Below are positions 27,181-40,794 of a stretch of DNA of 64,000 nt, piece after piece. Location: assembly GCF_001194135.2 (NCBI RefSeq), contig NC_068988.1, positions 88,720,328 to 88,784,327 of the forward strand, read 5' to 3'. The DNA comes from Octopus bimaculoides (lineage: Eukaryota). Every line of letters starts with the position of its first letter. Position 1 is the stretch's first letter. Both the position numbers and the translations under genes were made by a program. The notes beneath the pieces were generated by a model. It saw only the letters and a list, made by a program, of their open reading frames with translations. It did no database searches and had not been told where the DNA came from.

Positions 27181-27599
27181 AATCTCAAAGGTGAGGTTTC
27201 CCAACCAGAGGTTAAGCCATTCATTAGCTGCCCCGCTCTACCATTTTTTTACAGTCTTCTCCGTTTAGGGTCGACGATAGATACCCTAAAGATAAATCCG
27301 TAGGATTTGAATCCTAAGTCCAGGACTTCACAATTCTGGGTACCTCATACATTCCACAAACTTGCATTTCCGGACGAGTAACATTAAGTTTCACCAGAAC
27401 TTTCTAATAACATCCATATCACCGCTGATCTTTTGGAAAAAATAATCAACCAGAAGAGATGCTGATAGTTGATAGTATTTTTAAGGTGATCTATAAGCAG
27501 GTTATGATTTTGGATTCTTAATTTGCAAGAAAATATCTTCCTGGATCCTTCAACAGCCTCCTATGATTTCTACATTAACTGATGGAAATATCTAACGAG

Positions 27600-28500
27600 T
27601 ATGACTTAAGCATTTCCAATATTTCTGGACGGAGCCCTCTAACTTATGGCGCATACTTGTCCCAAAGTTATGTTGTTTCGACCGGCACACCTCCTTCATT
27701 TGACAGATCATCCATTGATGTAGTGTATGTTTCATATTTTCCATGGACGTGCATTACAAAACGGACAAAGCTCTTTTCTCTTATATTTCTTTGAACTATT
27801 GTTGATTTACCAGTTGACCTCATCTGATGCTAAGCCTACTTTCAAGGTACATATGTTTCTCTCAGTCACACAAAATAATTATGCATCTCACTGAAAGCTG
27901 CAGTACCCTTGCCTTCCCATCAGTTCAGCTTATTCATACGGTCGGATTTTTGCAATCTCTTGTTGATTTCCTTGGCTATAATATTGATTCATTGAGTTGG
28001 GGGGAACTGAAAAGGCATCAGCTGAAGCAAGATTGATAACCCTGCAATCAAACGAGCCATGATCTTTCCTTATTGGTTTGCCAAGGTTAGTTTCTTGCTT
28101 TATCTTACAGTATATTTGAAAGTCTGTATCTTTTTGTTTTCTATAGAAGCTAATTTTGTTATTCACGATTATCCATATTCCTCTCTTATAGAGAATTTAA
28201 ATTTCTATCCAATAATTTTCCTGTTTCCAGTTTAATACTCAAGGGAGGTCTGGTTCTGGTTTATATTGTTGGTGAGAAATGGGAAAGCTATTATTTGATT
28301 GCATGTGTAATATTCATTTCACATTTATCCAACTGCCAACTCATGATGAGACCATAAGAAATGTCAATGTTGTCATAGAGCCTGTATGCAGGTCATGTTA
28401 CATTCTTCTTTCTGCTCGAAAAGGCATTAGTAAATTTGAGGCCCTATTCGAATTCTAACGTGAGCAATCTTTATTTGAATTCTACTCCAACATACCATGT
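27600..28500 (-). mobile_element. Very decayed L1/Tx1-like LINE fragment
   Basis: Minus scraps CPFCNARP/ENMKH (CCHC-like knuckle) and LGKPIRK (like KPK..GGLG). Low identity. Confidence 0.3.
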
Positions 28501-29269
28501 TTACTTATAACAACAAACCACTTTCATTATTTAAGGTATTGGCACGAATATTGAAATGACATATTAATATCATTCGTATTGATCTCTCTGAGTCACACTG
28601 AAAATGGTCATTTGCAGAGAATTGTAAAATTATTTTATACAATCAGATTTGACAATCGTAAGAACCTATGCACTGATCAGCTTCGCAAAGTATCACTATC
28701 AAATAGAAACTCTCAAACTCGCACTCATTTCGATACTACAATAATTTTCGGCTTAATTTATTCAAAACAGGTTTATGGTTAAATCTACCCGGAATATGTC
28801 TTGTTGTTCGGCTGGTATTTCATTCCACATGTATGTAAACCCGATATAACCGATACGCTGATATTCTAGCTTGCTGGTCTGAAAAAAATGCACCAATATC
28901 AATGCTGCACATTTCTAACTCCAATGGTAGGGATGTAGTGCGCTTCTCTCGGAGGGTAACAAACATTCACTACATATTTAGTCTTCTAGTAATAAAGCGA
29001 TTGCCCGCTTGACGGCGTCATTATTTTGATGCATTTTTGCCCATGGAAGGCAATACTACACAATAACTAGTTAGTAATACTGCCATTCACTCTGTGAGGT
29101 CTATCGAGTCTTATTGGCAGGTTTCAATCTTCCTCACGCTCGGTGTTCAAAAATCATCTTCATTACGAAGCATGCCAGGTAGGATTGCCGGTATTATAGA
29201 TCACGCACGCACTCTCGCACACGCGCACGTTCACACATACACGCACACATGCACGCACGCAGACAGACA

Positions 29270-29314
<45 letters not shown>

Positions 29315-29474
29315 ATATATATGCAAATACATACAGAAACATATACGGATGCGCATTCATTATACATACATAGACATATAAATAAACATACACGCAAACC
29401 CACAAATGTATAGACACAAATATACATATGCATACAGACGCCTGCGCACAAACATGTATATACTTAGATGTAAA

Positions 29475-29518
<44 letters not shown>

Positions 29519-30309
29519 CACGCATACATACATATATAGAGAGTTCCATCAAACATATCAATGATATATGGCGATGAGACGCCATATGAAATACGTTCAC
29601 ATAAACACACACACAAACACGTACACTTCCTCTCACACAAACACGTACACACACACTTGCAACACACGTGCATACACACACACAAACACGTGTGCGCGCG
29701 CACACATATTTAGACAGCCCTCCCGCAGACACACACGATTATATCGATCGATGATATATAGCCGTGTGTCAGAATGATAAAAATCGATTAGTTAATCGAT
29801 AAGAAAAAAAAAAAAATAAAACAAAACAACGGACAAGAACACCGCATAATCTCAGCCGTTCTTATTCTGTCTGAAACACACAGACATATAGGCCCACAAA
29901 CAGACAGACTGATTCTAAAAATAGATGTCTTGCAGAGAATTACAGACAAACCACAGAAGAAACGAAAGACATCTTTTAAATGTCTTTTGTAAATGGTTTT
30001 ATAAATATATATATATATATNNNNNNNNNNNNNNNNNNNNNNNNNNNNNNNNNNNNNNNNNNNNNNNNNNNNNNNNNNNNNNNNNNNNNNNNNNNNNNNN
30101 NNNNNNNNNNNNNNNNNNNNNNNNNNNNNNNNNNNNNNNNNNNNNNNNNNNTGCGCGTGTGTATATATATATATATATATACGTAATACTGTGTTTCATT
30201 GATTTTTTTTGTAGGTTTTTATCTGATGTTTGTTTTTCTTCTAGAAATTCTTATGGTAGCTGAGGTGGAATTGGAAGAGTGACAAACAAAATAAATACCT
30301 TCTGGTATT

Positions 30310-30640
30310 ATTTACTTACCTTCCATTTCTGTTTCTTAGTTCAAATCACATCGGGGTTAAATTTACCGATTATTCCCTCGTGCTATGTAAAATATGCACT
30401 GGACAAAGACCGGGTATTAATTTTTATTGATTACCACTAAAGCAGCGAGTAGGCAAAGTTGACAGGATGCTGAACGAAATAATTAGTAGCATTTCTTTCG
30501 GATTTACGTTCTGAGTTCAAATTCGGCTGAGCTTTGCATTTCGGTGACGATGGATTAAGTAGCATGAAAGAAATAGGGTCGATATAAGCCACAAGATACC
30601 TCCCCTAACTGCAGGCATTGTACTTATCGCAGACAGAAAC
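30310..30640. mobile_element. Cluster of decayed SINE family A fragments in both orientations
   Basis: tttacgttctgagttcaaattcggctgag on +; ggcaaagttgac on -. Confidence 0.6.
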
Positions 30641-30792
30641 GTTACCTTGTGGTGCTTCATTAACTTTCGTTACGTTTCTGACTTGAAATCATTTTGGGGT
30701 GAACTTTTGCTGTCTGTTCTGTAGTAGTTTGTAAACTGTGCCAGGTAGGATTGCTAGTTTTATAGACCATGCATGCACGCTCACTTTCGCAT

Positions 30793-30841
<49 letters not shown>

Positions 30842-31160
30842 CACACACACATACACATTAGCAAATACATACAAAACCTTCATTCTTAGACACATATTCA
30901 TTATACTTAAATAGGCATAAACATATATGCAAACACACAAACTTATGGACACATACATACATATGCGCACGTAAAAAAAAAAAAATACCGGACGAGAACT
31001 AATTATTCAATTCAGTAATTACGTTATGATTTTCGGTACGTACTTAGTTTCCTTTGTGTTTCTTAGTTTGAAACACATTGAGTTTACCTTCAAATTTCAT
31101 TCCTTCGACAGTATATAACAGTTATCCCGAGCAAGAACTGAATGTTATTTTGAATCGAAA

Positions 31161-31250
31161 GCAGCCTGTCTGGTAATATTTACTCATCTTTCAATTATTG
31201 CCTCAGTTCAAATCTCATCGGAGTCAAATTAACCATTAATCCTCTCGAGT
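31161..31250 (+). mobile_element. Decayed SINE family A fragment
   Basis: ctcagttcaaatctcatcggagtcaaattaaccattaatcctctcgag aligns to the B-box plus Deu core. Confidence 0.5.
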
Positions 31251-31258
31251 GTATGTGG

Positions 31259-31442
31259 AATATTGATTTCAAATTTTGCCACTAGGCCAGCAATTTCGAT
31301 TACAGTGACCCCAGTGCTCAACTGGTACTCATTTCATCGACCCTAAAGGAGATGAGAGGCAAAGTCGACCTCGTAAAGACGGATGAAATGCTGTGAAGCA
31401 TTTTGACCGGCGTGTTAACGATTCCGTCAATTCGCCGTCTTA
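31259..31442 (-). mobile_element. SINE family A, tail type 3 (first of a tandem pair)
   Basis: cagtgctcaactggtactc...ggcaaagtcgacctc...ccggcgtgttaacgattcc. Confidence 0.85.
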
Positions 31443-31453
31443 GGAGTATGTGA

Positions 31454-31675
31454 AATATTGGTTTCAAATTTTGGCACAAGGCCATCAATTACAGGAGAGT
31501 TGGGTACGTCGATTACAAGAAACCTAGTACTCAACTGATTCTTATTTCATCAAACCCAAAATGGATGAAATGTAAAGTTGAGGTCGACGAAATTTGAACT
31601 CAGAAGATAAAGACGGAAACAACGCCGCTTAGCATTTTGCCCGGCGTTCTAACAACACTGTCTGCTCGCCGCTTT
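31454..31675 (-). mobile_element. SINE family A, tail type 3 (second of the tandem pair)
   Basis: attggtttcaaattttggcacaaggcc...atttgaactcagaa...ttttgcccggcgttctaac. Confidence 0.85.
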
Positions 31676-31763
31676 GGGAGTATATTAATCACTCGAAGAC
31701 TGGTTATTAATCTAAGAGACTACACATTCATCGTGAGCTCAACACACCGAAATATTGGGTAAC

Positions 31764-32020
31764 ATGTAAGGGTTAGGGGTATTGAGCTCAACGTTTAGGC
31801 TTTGAGTTCGATTCTCGGACTAGTCGGTGCGTTGTGTCCTTAAGCAAGGTTCTTCGTTTTACGTTTTCCTTGTAGACTTAATAGACAATGAATGTCAGAG
31901 GCTGCTTGGGATGAACCTAGCGACAGACTGGCGTCTCGTTCAGGGATAGGGCCCATGTATTTTCAGTCTAAGCACCTAGAAAATCCGGATAATCTTCGGC
32001 ATAATGACTCCTGCAGGATA
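31764..32020 (+). mobile_element. SINE family D (tRNA head, CORE-like box, V-like segment)
   Basis: B-box gagttcgattctc; gttgtgtccttaagcaag; gcgacagactggcgtctcgttcaggg. Domain names are from recall. Confidence 0.6.
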
Positions 32021-33553
32021 GAGGTAGACAGAGTCACGTCATAGCTATGATATATCTTTGTGTTAGTGACATAACAATATGATTAAAAGGGCAATCAGTG
32101 GTGATGACGGAGAATGGTGGAAATATAAGTTATTTCGTAGCATACATTGATATTACTAGTTCAAATCCAGATAGGGTTTACCATGCCTTTTCCTTCAGAG
32201 AGTCGGTGATGTATGTACTAGGTGAGCACCGGGGATTGTTTAATTTGTGCTCCAAAACATCGTGACATTTGAAATAGATACTATTTGTTGGTCATATATT
32301 GGGTTACTGCTTCGCTCTCCTGTTCATTCCCCGTCGATCAACACACCGCACATTCGTGAAGACATATGTTATATGTTCTGTTGTTGACAATTTAAATGTT
32401 AGCAACTGACAAAATGGATATTGACCGAAATTTTTTTATGTACTATTTTATTTATGCAATATATTTGAGGACAATTCTTTAAATTTTGTTTCGTTCACGT
32501 AGACATCAATTCATATCCTCGGTAATGTGTAGGAGCTTGTGTACACTCAGCGATAAAATATTGTGATCTGATGAATCTGATGAACGAAGATTGTACTTCA
32601 TGTAAGTGCTGTTTAATGAAGTTCACTTACCCATAAGACGCTGGTTACTGAGAAAGTGAATGAAGTGTACGACGAAGAAATCTTGGAATTTTACAAATAT
32701 GTGATAATATCCAGGACGGAAATAAATTATGAACTATGGTCAATATTCAATACCGTCAATATGTCATGTGCGGTCCAGCAAAACCATTCTAAACGCAGGA
32801 GTAATGACTGACCGTCAGTAAGAATTGGGTGTGTAAAAAAATAAGAAATATTACACCAGATGATTCAAGATTCTTGTCTTTACTAATCTCGAAAGATAAA
32901 GCAATGCTTAGTGAATATATCTCAACCACTTGTCATGTGTATCGTTACTGGTGTTTAACCGACGGCTGTGAGTGCAGATGCAGAAACTATGGTTCAGCTA
33001 CCCAGTAGGAATCTGCTGAGGAAAACTAGATACACTAAATGTGGTTTCAATTTCAGCTCTATAAAATAATAGAGTGTACGTTAAGCAATAATGGACTTTA
33101 AACTAAACACATCACAGCTATTTCAGGCATTCTTGAAAATAAGACTTCATATTTCAAATTATTCTTAAAACAAATGGTGCGAAAATTCGTTTTATATATT
33201 TACGCTTTGGCTCACATATAAGCCATACTCCTTATTAGTTTGGATTTGTGAGAGAGCATCGTATTTGCATTGTTTAGAATGAAGATCAGTGGAGTTATTA
33301 GATGGCAGGAACTTGATAATATTACTGAAATAGCTATAGGGGTAAAGAAGCTCTGTGGAAAGCTTAAAGAATAAAGGCATCACAGTGGTTTACTAAACGT
33401 CGCAAATGCTCAAATATTTTGATCACTAATGGATAATTTTGAGAAAAATTTATCCTTGATAACATATATAAACCGTCAAGAACATGTTTTCCAAAATGCT
33501 GCAATAATAACAGAACGCAGATTAAAGCTTGAAATGCTCAAAGAATTGAATAA

Positions 33554-33690
33554 TACAGGAGTTGGACAAAATAATGGAAACACCTAGCATCATAGCATCA
33601 TAATTTTAAAATATCTATAAAACCGTCAAAAGCTTATTTATTTTTACGTTTTTTTTTATTTATTATTAGTGTTGCTTAATATGTTTTGCT
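33554..33690 (+). mobile_element. Tc1-like terminal remnant
   Basis: TA+caggagttggacaaaataatggaaacacc resembles Tc1 TIRs; no partner TIR seen. Confidence 0.35.
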
Positions 33691-33702
33691 AATATTGCTG
33701 AA

Positions 33703-33850
33703 TTAAGATGGCGAGCTAGTAGAATTGCTAGCACGCCGAGCCAAAGCCTAGCGGAATTTCGTCCGTCCTTAAGTTCTAATTTCAAATTGCGCCAATATTG
33801 ACTTTGTCTTTCATCCGAGGATGCTGGCCTTGTGTCAACATTTTAAATCA
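33703..33850 (+). mobile_element. SINE family A with an internal deletion
   Basis: aagatggcgagctagtagaattgctagcacgccg...gactttgtctttcatcc|gaggatgctggccttgtgtc. Confidence 0.8.
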
Positions 33851-34602
33851 GTCAAAATTAATGAGAATTAGACATGTTACAAGTACACAGAAGATCTGAA
33901 TAAAAAAAAATGGGGAAATATACAGAAGGATGGGAAGAAGCAAATGATTGTAGGGTGTTGAAGATAGAAAGTCCTCGTAAATGTACGATGAAGGAAAGGT
34001 ATGAGTAACTGGGGTCTGGTATTCAAATTTTACTATTGTTTTGGGTTGAATTAAATATGAAAGTATATTAGTAAACAAATATATATTCAGGTCACCATAT
34101 CGTTTGGTACACAAGGTTATTTTTGTGCTCTTTTATGGGCCGTATAAGAATGTTTATAAATAATACACTGGTTCATAATTCATAAGTCAGAATGAGATTG
34201 AATTTGGTGTTGTTGACAACAGTTTCTATGAAGANNNNNNNNNNNNNNNNNNNNNNNNNNNNNNNNNNNNNNNNNNNNNNNNNNNNNNNNNNNNNNNNNN
34301 NNNNNNNNNNNNNNNNNNNNNNNNNNNNNNNNNNNNNNNNNNNNNNNNNNNNNNNNNNNNNNNNNNNNNNNNNNNNNNNNNNNNNNNNNNNNNNNNNNNN
34401 NNNNNNNNNNNNNNNNNNNNNNNNNNNNNNNNNNNNNNNNNNNNNNNNNNNNNNNNNNNNNNNNNNNNNNNNNNNNNNNNNNNNNNNNNNNNNNNNNNNN
34501 NNNNNNNNNNNNNNNNNNNNNNNNNNNNNNNNNNNNNNNNNNNNNNNNNNNNNNNNNNNNNNNNNNNACATACATACATGCTTGCATACATACATACATA
34601 GA

Positions 34603-34633
<31 letters not shown>

Positions 34634-35016
34634 GTGTATACACATGCACACTGATGCACACACATGCACACAAACAAACAAAATGAACGCAGCTTTGATA
34701 ACGAACAGAGTCAACGACCATTGAAACGTTGGCAAGAGGCAACGAACATTCTAGAAAAAATAAATACGTAAATGAGTGGAAATCGAACTGGTGAGTGTGT
34801 TAAATAATAAGTCACTAAAAGAGAATGACTTTCCCCAGCTACAATAAGATTTTTTTCAAAACACGAATTCACATAAGGAATCTTTCAAATTAAATTTAAA
34901 AGATGAAAGATATATAGAGATAGCATTATTGTAACAAATCAGTGGTACTTGCCCTAGATATAGAAGTAAAGACTGGAATATGATAAAAAGAGTTTGTGAT
35001 AAACAAGGTGAACACG

Positions 35017-35378
35017 TATATATATATGGTGGTTGTCTACTCCTTAAACAGAGTTTGACCACCTCCTGCACCTACACCTTAGCCCTTTCATGGCGTCTGA
35101 TGTGGCTTTTTAAACCAGACAGTGTTTTGAAAAAACACCCACACAGATTGCACCTCTGATTTGCACTACCAATACCTGCAAGTAAATTCTGCTCATTGTG
35201 GATCCTACCATGTCTTTTAAGATCCCCATTGGATTTGCAAACCCTCTGGCACACACCACATTCAAACGTGTGCACAGACATATAATCAGAATAGCTGGAT
35301 GAGGTTTGTTTTCCATGGGTTCGCAGGTGAGATTTGAGGCCAGCCAAGGACAGACATGGTCTGTCACAGACTGTGCAC
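35017..35378 (-). mobile_element. RTE-type LINE 3' end (C2H2 fingers, short 3' UTR, (TA)n tail), 5' lost in a gap
   Basis: The finger type CxxC.R.C.S..GL.SH.R.H matches the RTE relic at 2.2 kb. There are no TGEKP linkers. The stop is followed by ~45 nt and then (TA)n. Confidence 0.6.
35072..35377 (-). CDS. Open frame with three C2H2 zinc fingers (101 aa + stop), 5'-incomplete
   Basis: CTVCDRPCLSLAGLKSHLRTH-18aa-CGVCQRVCKSNGDLKRHGRIH-15aa-CNLCGCFFKTLSGLKSHIRRH-ERAKV*. All three are C-x2-C-x12-H-x3-H, and the frame is open up to the gap at 35379. Confidence 0.8.
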   Translation of the reverse strand, partial: CTVCDRPCLSLAGLKSHLRTHGKQTSSSYSDYMSVHTFECGVCQRVCKSNGDLKRHGRIHNEQNLLAGIGSANQRCNLCGCFFKTLSGLKSHIRRHERAKV

Positions 35379-38300
35379 NNNNNNNNNNNNNNNNNNNNNN
35401 NNNNNNNNNNNNNNNNNNNNNNNNNNNNNNNNNNNNNNNNNNNNNNNNNNNNNNNNNNNNNNNNNNNNNNNNNNNNNNNNNNNNNNNNNNNNNNNNNNNN
35501 NNNNNNNNNNNNNNNNNNNNNNNNNNNNNNNNNNNNNNNNNNNNNNNNNNNNNNNNNNNNNNNNNNNNNNNNNNNNNNNNNNNNNNNNNNNNNNNNNNNN
35601 NNNNNNNNNNNNNNNNNNNNNNNNNNNNNNNNNNNNNNNNNNNNNNNNNNNNNNNNNNNNNNNNNNNNNNNNNNNNNNNNNNNNNNNNNNNNNNNNNNNN
35701 NNNNNNNNNNNNNNNNNNNNNNNNNNNNNNNNNNNNNNNNNNNNNNNNNNNNNNNNNNNNNNNNNNNNNNNNNNNNNNNNNNNNNNNNNNNNNNNNNNNN
35801 NNNNNNNNNNNNNNNNNNNNNNNNNNNNNNNNNNNNNNNNNNNNNNNNNNNNNNNNNNNNNNNNNNNNNNNNNNNNNNNNNNNNNNNNNNNNNNNNNNNN
35901 NNNNNNNNNNNNNNNNNNNNNNNNNNNNNNNNNNNNNNNNNNNNNNNNNNNNNNNNNNNNNNNNNNNNNNNNNNNNNNNNNNNNNNNNNNNNNNNNNNNN
36001 NNNNNNNNNNNNNNNNNNNNNNNNNNNNNNNNNNNNNNNNNNNNNNNNNNNNNNNNNNNNNNNNNNNNNNNNNNNNNNNNNNNNNNNNNNNNNNNNNNNN
36101 NNNNNNNNNNNNNNNNNNNNNNNNNNNNNNNNNNNNNNNNNNNNNNNNNNNNNNNNNNNNNNNNNNNNNNNNNNNNNNNNNNNNNNNNNNNNNNNNNNNN
36201 NNNNNNNNNNNNNNNNNNNNNNNNNNNNNNNNNNNNNTAGCGGCTTACTTACACTTTGGTCTCTTATATGTAAGTATATATTTATCTAAATCTTGTACGA
36301 CTCTATTCTTTTATTCTTTCCTTCTTTCTATCAGCCCTTTCACACCTACTTCGTTCTTTCGTTCCTCCTCTCTGATATTTCATTGCCTTCTCTTCTATGC
36401 TCACTTTCCTTCCTCTTTTCACTACACTCTATCCCTGTAATTTTTTTCTCGCCTCTCCTTATTTCTTCTGACTCTGCCCTCTACCTCTGTCTTCTCTCCC
36501 CAACTGTTCGATGTTCGGCCAAGCCTGACCTTTCCTTCCTGGTTTGACTGCAGTCCGTGCAACATTATGTTCTTCCCTGTGCCTGTGAAACATTGTATAC
36601 CTGCCGGAAGGCTTTACTTCCACACACGCTAGCTTAATTCAATTCGTCCTTAGTCGAAAGACTGTTGTTATGTCCTGTTATTTGCATTTTTGTAACCTTC
36701 TCTTTCTTTTTCCGCCCTTGTTTTCGTTTATATTCGCTGCTTTCTTCCAAGGGAACTACTGCCCTTAGCTTAGTTTTTCCTTGGGGCTGATCAGATTGGA
36801 GTAATCCTGTGTATAACCAGCTGAAATTGCAAAGATAATACGGAACTCGACTAAGGAAAGAAAACTCCGATTGACTCTTCCTTGTTTTCTTTGTATCGTC
36901 TATCTGGATGCTTTGCGTTCTTGTCACATTTTGTATTTTTTTTATATTTGTGCNNNNNNNNNNNNNNNNNNNNNNNNNNNNNNNNNNNNNNNNNNNNNNN
37001 NNNNNNNNNNNNNNNNNNNNNNNNNNNNNNNNNNNNNNNNNNNNNNNNNNNNNNNNNNNNNNNNNNNNNNNNNNNNNNNNNNNNNNNNNNNNNNNNNNNN
37101 NNNNNNNNNNNNNNNNNNNNNNNNNNNNNNNNNNNNNNNNNNNNNNNNNNNNNNNNNNNNNNNNNNNNNNNNNNNNNNNNNNNNNNNNNNNNNNNNNNNN
37201 NNNNNNNNNNNNNNNNNNNNNNNNNNNNNNNNNNNNNNNNNNNNNNNNNNNNNNNNNNNNNNNNNNNNNNNNNNNNNNNNNNNNNNNNNNNNNNNNNNNN
37301 NNNNNNNNNNNNNNNNNNNNNNNNNNNATATGTATATATATATACATGGAAAAAGACACACGCACACATACACATATAAATATTCACAGACTTAATATAC
37401 ACACAGACACACACATATCTATAGTCATGTACACCCATACACAGACCAGAATCATCCCGCTTTGATTTGTCTATTTTAGTATTTAACCTTTTGACACAAA
37501 GTAATTCTTCCAAGAAAACACATGAAACAATATAACTACCTAAACACATAAAAACATACACATACATAGACACATATATACATACACACACACACACATA
37601 TACATATACACACATATATATGCTTAAACGTACATACATACAGACGCACACATCTGTATATGAATGCATGCGTTTATATATAAGCAAACATACTAAGTAT
37701 AAACAGTCCTCTTTTCAGAATAAGTGGAGAAAATAACTTCCTAATAAACAATTTAAATACACAATACCTCTTATTATGTGTCCACTCGAAACTTTTATTT
37801 CAGTATTATTGTGTGCCTCTGCTGATCAGACAGTTCCTCTCAGAACTACTTTAATTTCTCTCTCATCGGTTCTCATACTTTCCATATCATTTCATCTTCC
37901 TCATTCTCTTCTCTTCTGTATCTTTCATTTCTCCTTGTTTTGTCTTTTTTTTAGATACTGATCGAGGTATATTTTCTAGAGGATCTTCGATTGACCTCTT
38001 TTTCACATACTTTTTCTCTCTCTGTTTGTTTAAACAAAATATAAATAAATATTGCAACGAAACTTGAGGTACAGTGTTTCAGGGTTAATTTGAGGTTATC
38101 GTCGGAGATAAGCTATTCTTATTGTTAAATTGCTTATATAGATATTTCTTTATTTGCCTTTATATGTATATGTATATATATATATATAAAAATACAAATA
38201 TATATGTATATATATGTGTACGTGCGTACTTATTTACGTATGTGTATATGTATGTCTCTATGTGTTTGTGTACAGATGTATGTGTGCGTGTATGTTTGTG

Positions 38301-38486
38301 TGTGTGTCTAAATGGGCATGATGTTTTTTTTAATCATACGCTCGTACGTAGATTTGCTATGATCAATTTCAGACCTGACTTAAGAATCTGGTTTTAAAAT
38401 CACCTGCTTCTTGTTTTATGTATTTATTGATGTAAGCCAGTATTTTGTAAAGGAAGTTTGCTTTCAGTTATAAGTATGTTTCTGCG

Positions 38487-38519
<33 letters not shown>

Positions 38520-40584
38520 CTGTGTGTATCTGTGTGTATACACATATATGTATGTATGCATGTACGTATACGTGTATGTATGTATCAATCTATCGCTGTC
38601 TCTGTTTCTGTCTTTCTCTCCCCGCTCTCTCTAAATATATATATATCAAAATTGTTCAAGTATTCTTGAGGCATATTCGAACCCGTGATAATGTTTCTCA
38701 CTGTATTTTGATATGGACAAAATTTCTCGTTCTGTACAGGTATGTGTATTTATACACATCACCGCGGAGCGTGTTCATGCTGTATTTTATTTATGGCGAT
38801 CCGTCAACTAGCGCAACGAGTCACTGTACGATGACGAGAATATAAATGCAGTCTCTCTTGTCTCTCATCGCGTCTGTCGTTCTGTCTGGTACTGAAGAGT
38901 AGATAACCGCTCTAAAATGCCTGCGACCACCCGTCTGGTAAGATGTCTGTAAGCGCATATATTACATATATTAGNNNNNNNNNNNNNNNNNNNNNNNNNN
39001 NNNNNNNNNNNNNNNNNNNNNNNNNNNNNNNNNNNNNNNNNNNNNNNNNNNNNNNNNNNNNNNNNNNNNNNNNNNNNNNNNNNNNNNNNNNNNNNNNNNN
39101 NNNNNNNNNNNNNNNNNNNNNNNNNNNNNNNNNNNNNNNNNNNNNNNNNNNNNNNNNNNNNNNNNNNNNNNNNNNNNNNNNNNNNNNNNNNNNNNNNNNN
39201 NNNNNNNNNNNNNNNNNNNNNNNNNNNNNNNNNNNNNNNNNNNNNNNNNNNNNNNNNNNNTATATATACATATATATATATATATGTTTATCCATGCATC
39301 TATGCATCCATCAATTATTCCGCATATCAATCATTAGTATTGCCACTATTTCGGGATAGTGTAGTCCAAAGCATGTCATCAATGCGTTCCTTTCTAAACT
39401 GGGAGGCTGTAACCTGAATTAGATGTGGCTGCTATTATTAGCAGGTCAACTGTTTGTTTACATCTATTTTTAGTTGCATTGGACTATGAGAAGTCCGTTA
39501 TAACAATTTCCATCATCTGACCACAGAGTCATGTTTTTTTTATACATTTCTACATCCACTTAGAGGTTATTAAACAGAACAGCTCGCATGTCACTTTACA
39601 AGTTAGAGACAGACTTTGATCAAAGCTTGATAAGAAAATCAGTGTAGTGGCCATAAGGCCAATCAAAATCTACAGACAATTTAACATGAATAACTACTTA
39701 ATTCAAAGTTGATTGTGATATCTGTAAGATTCCATCTGACTTGATGTTTAATTGAAATACTATGTAGCAGGTCTTTAGATTAAAATTTCCAGAGCAATTA
39801 GTTCTAGAAAACAATCCCCATAGAGTAACGTTGATTGTGAGCGCGTAGACTGTGAGCTTAACTATAAAGAATACACCATGAAATCAGTGTCTACCAAAGG
39901 ATTAAATATGAAAACTATCTTTGTAAATTAAAATTCCCTGCGAGCGGTTTGTGGTAGTGCGGGTCATATGGAAGTGAATGTTTGCTGAGAGACATAGAAA
40001 GGGCAGATCACGTATAAGACGAAGTTCACTGAGTCATCATAACTAAAAAGTGATGATTAGATTAAGGGTTATCAAGAAGCAATCGGTAAGATGGTGTCAT
40101 TGTGTGAACTTTCACAGAAGTATTTATATGTAGGACTAATCTCTCTGTGAAAGATCATTGAAGAATGAGAGAAAAGAGTTCAACTTTAGGTCAATGTCCA
40201 GTAGGTAATGAGGAAGTAAATTAGTTCCAACATGGCCGCTGTCTTGCGAACAATGTTTAGAAATTCTAGACGCTCACAGAAAGCCGGAAATGATAAAGTC
40301 GTCATTTTCACTACGTTGAATTGATGCGAAATGCAATGAAATTATATTTTTGTATTTTATTTTTTAGGCAAGCATTGCGAAGTTTGTGTTATATCGCTAA
40401 TAACAAAAACAAACACAACAAACACCACCAAAACCACCATCAGCAACAGAACCATCACCAGCACCACCACTACCACCACCACCACCACCACCAAAGCCAC
40501 CATTACCACTAACCCCCAACCNNNNNNNNNNACCACAACCAACACCACCACCAACAATAACAACAACAGCTGCTGCTGTTGCTG

Positions 40585-40640
<56 letters not shown>

Positions 40641-40794
40641 GCAAACTAATTACAAGAGCCACAAGGAGAACCATAATAATATCGATAAAGATAACGTAAT
40701 TTCAATCAAATGAAGAAAAGAGGAAATAGAAATAGAAATTGCAAAGGATGCTAACAATGAAAGCAACAAAAAAATAAGGAACAACAACGAGAAA

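Noticed and set aside
32533-32601. 69-nt phase 1-1 exon-like frame (ACVHSAIKYCDLMNLMNEDCTS) with a GTAAGT donor on +
   Set aside because: Weak acceptor, no partner exons, no recognisable domain. Expected by chance in 64 kb.
36480-36953. Sequence recalled as a common octopod interspersed repeat (likewise 8480-8718)
   Set aside because: No second copy, ORF or terminal structure in this window to support or classify it.
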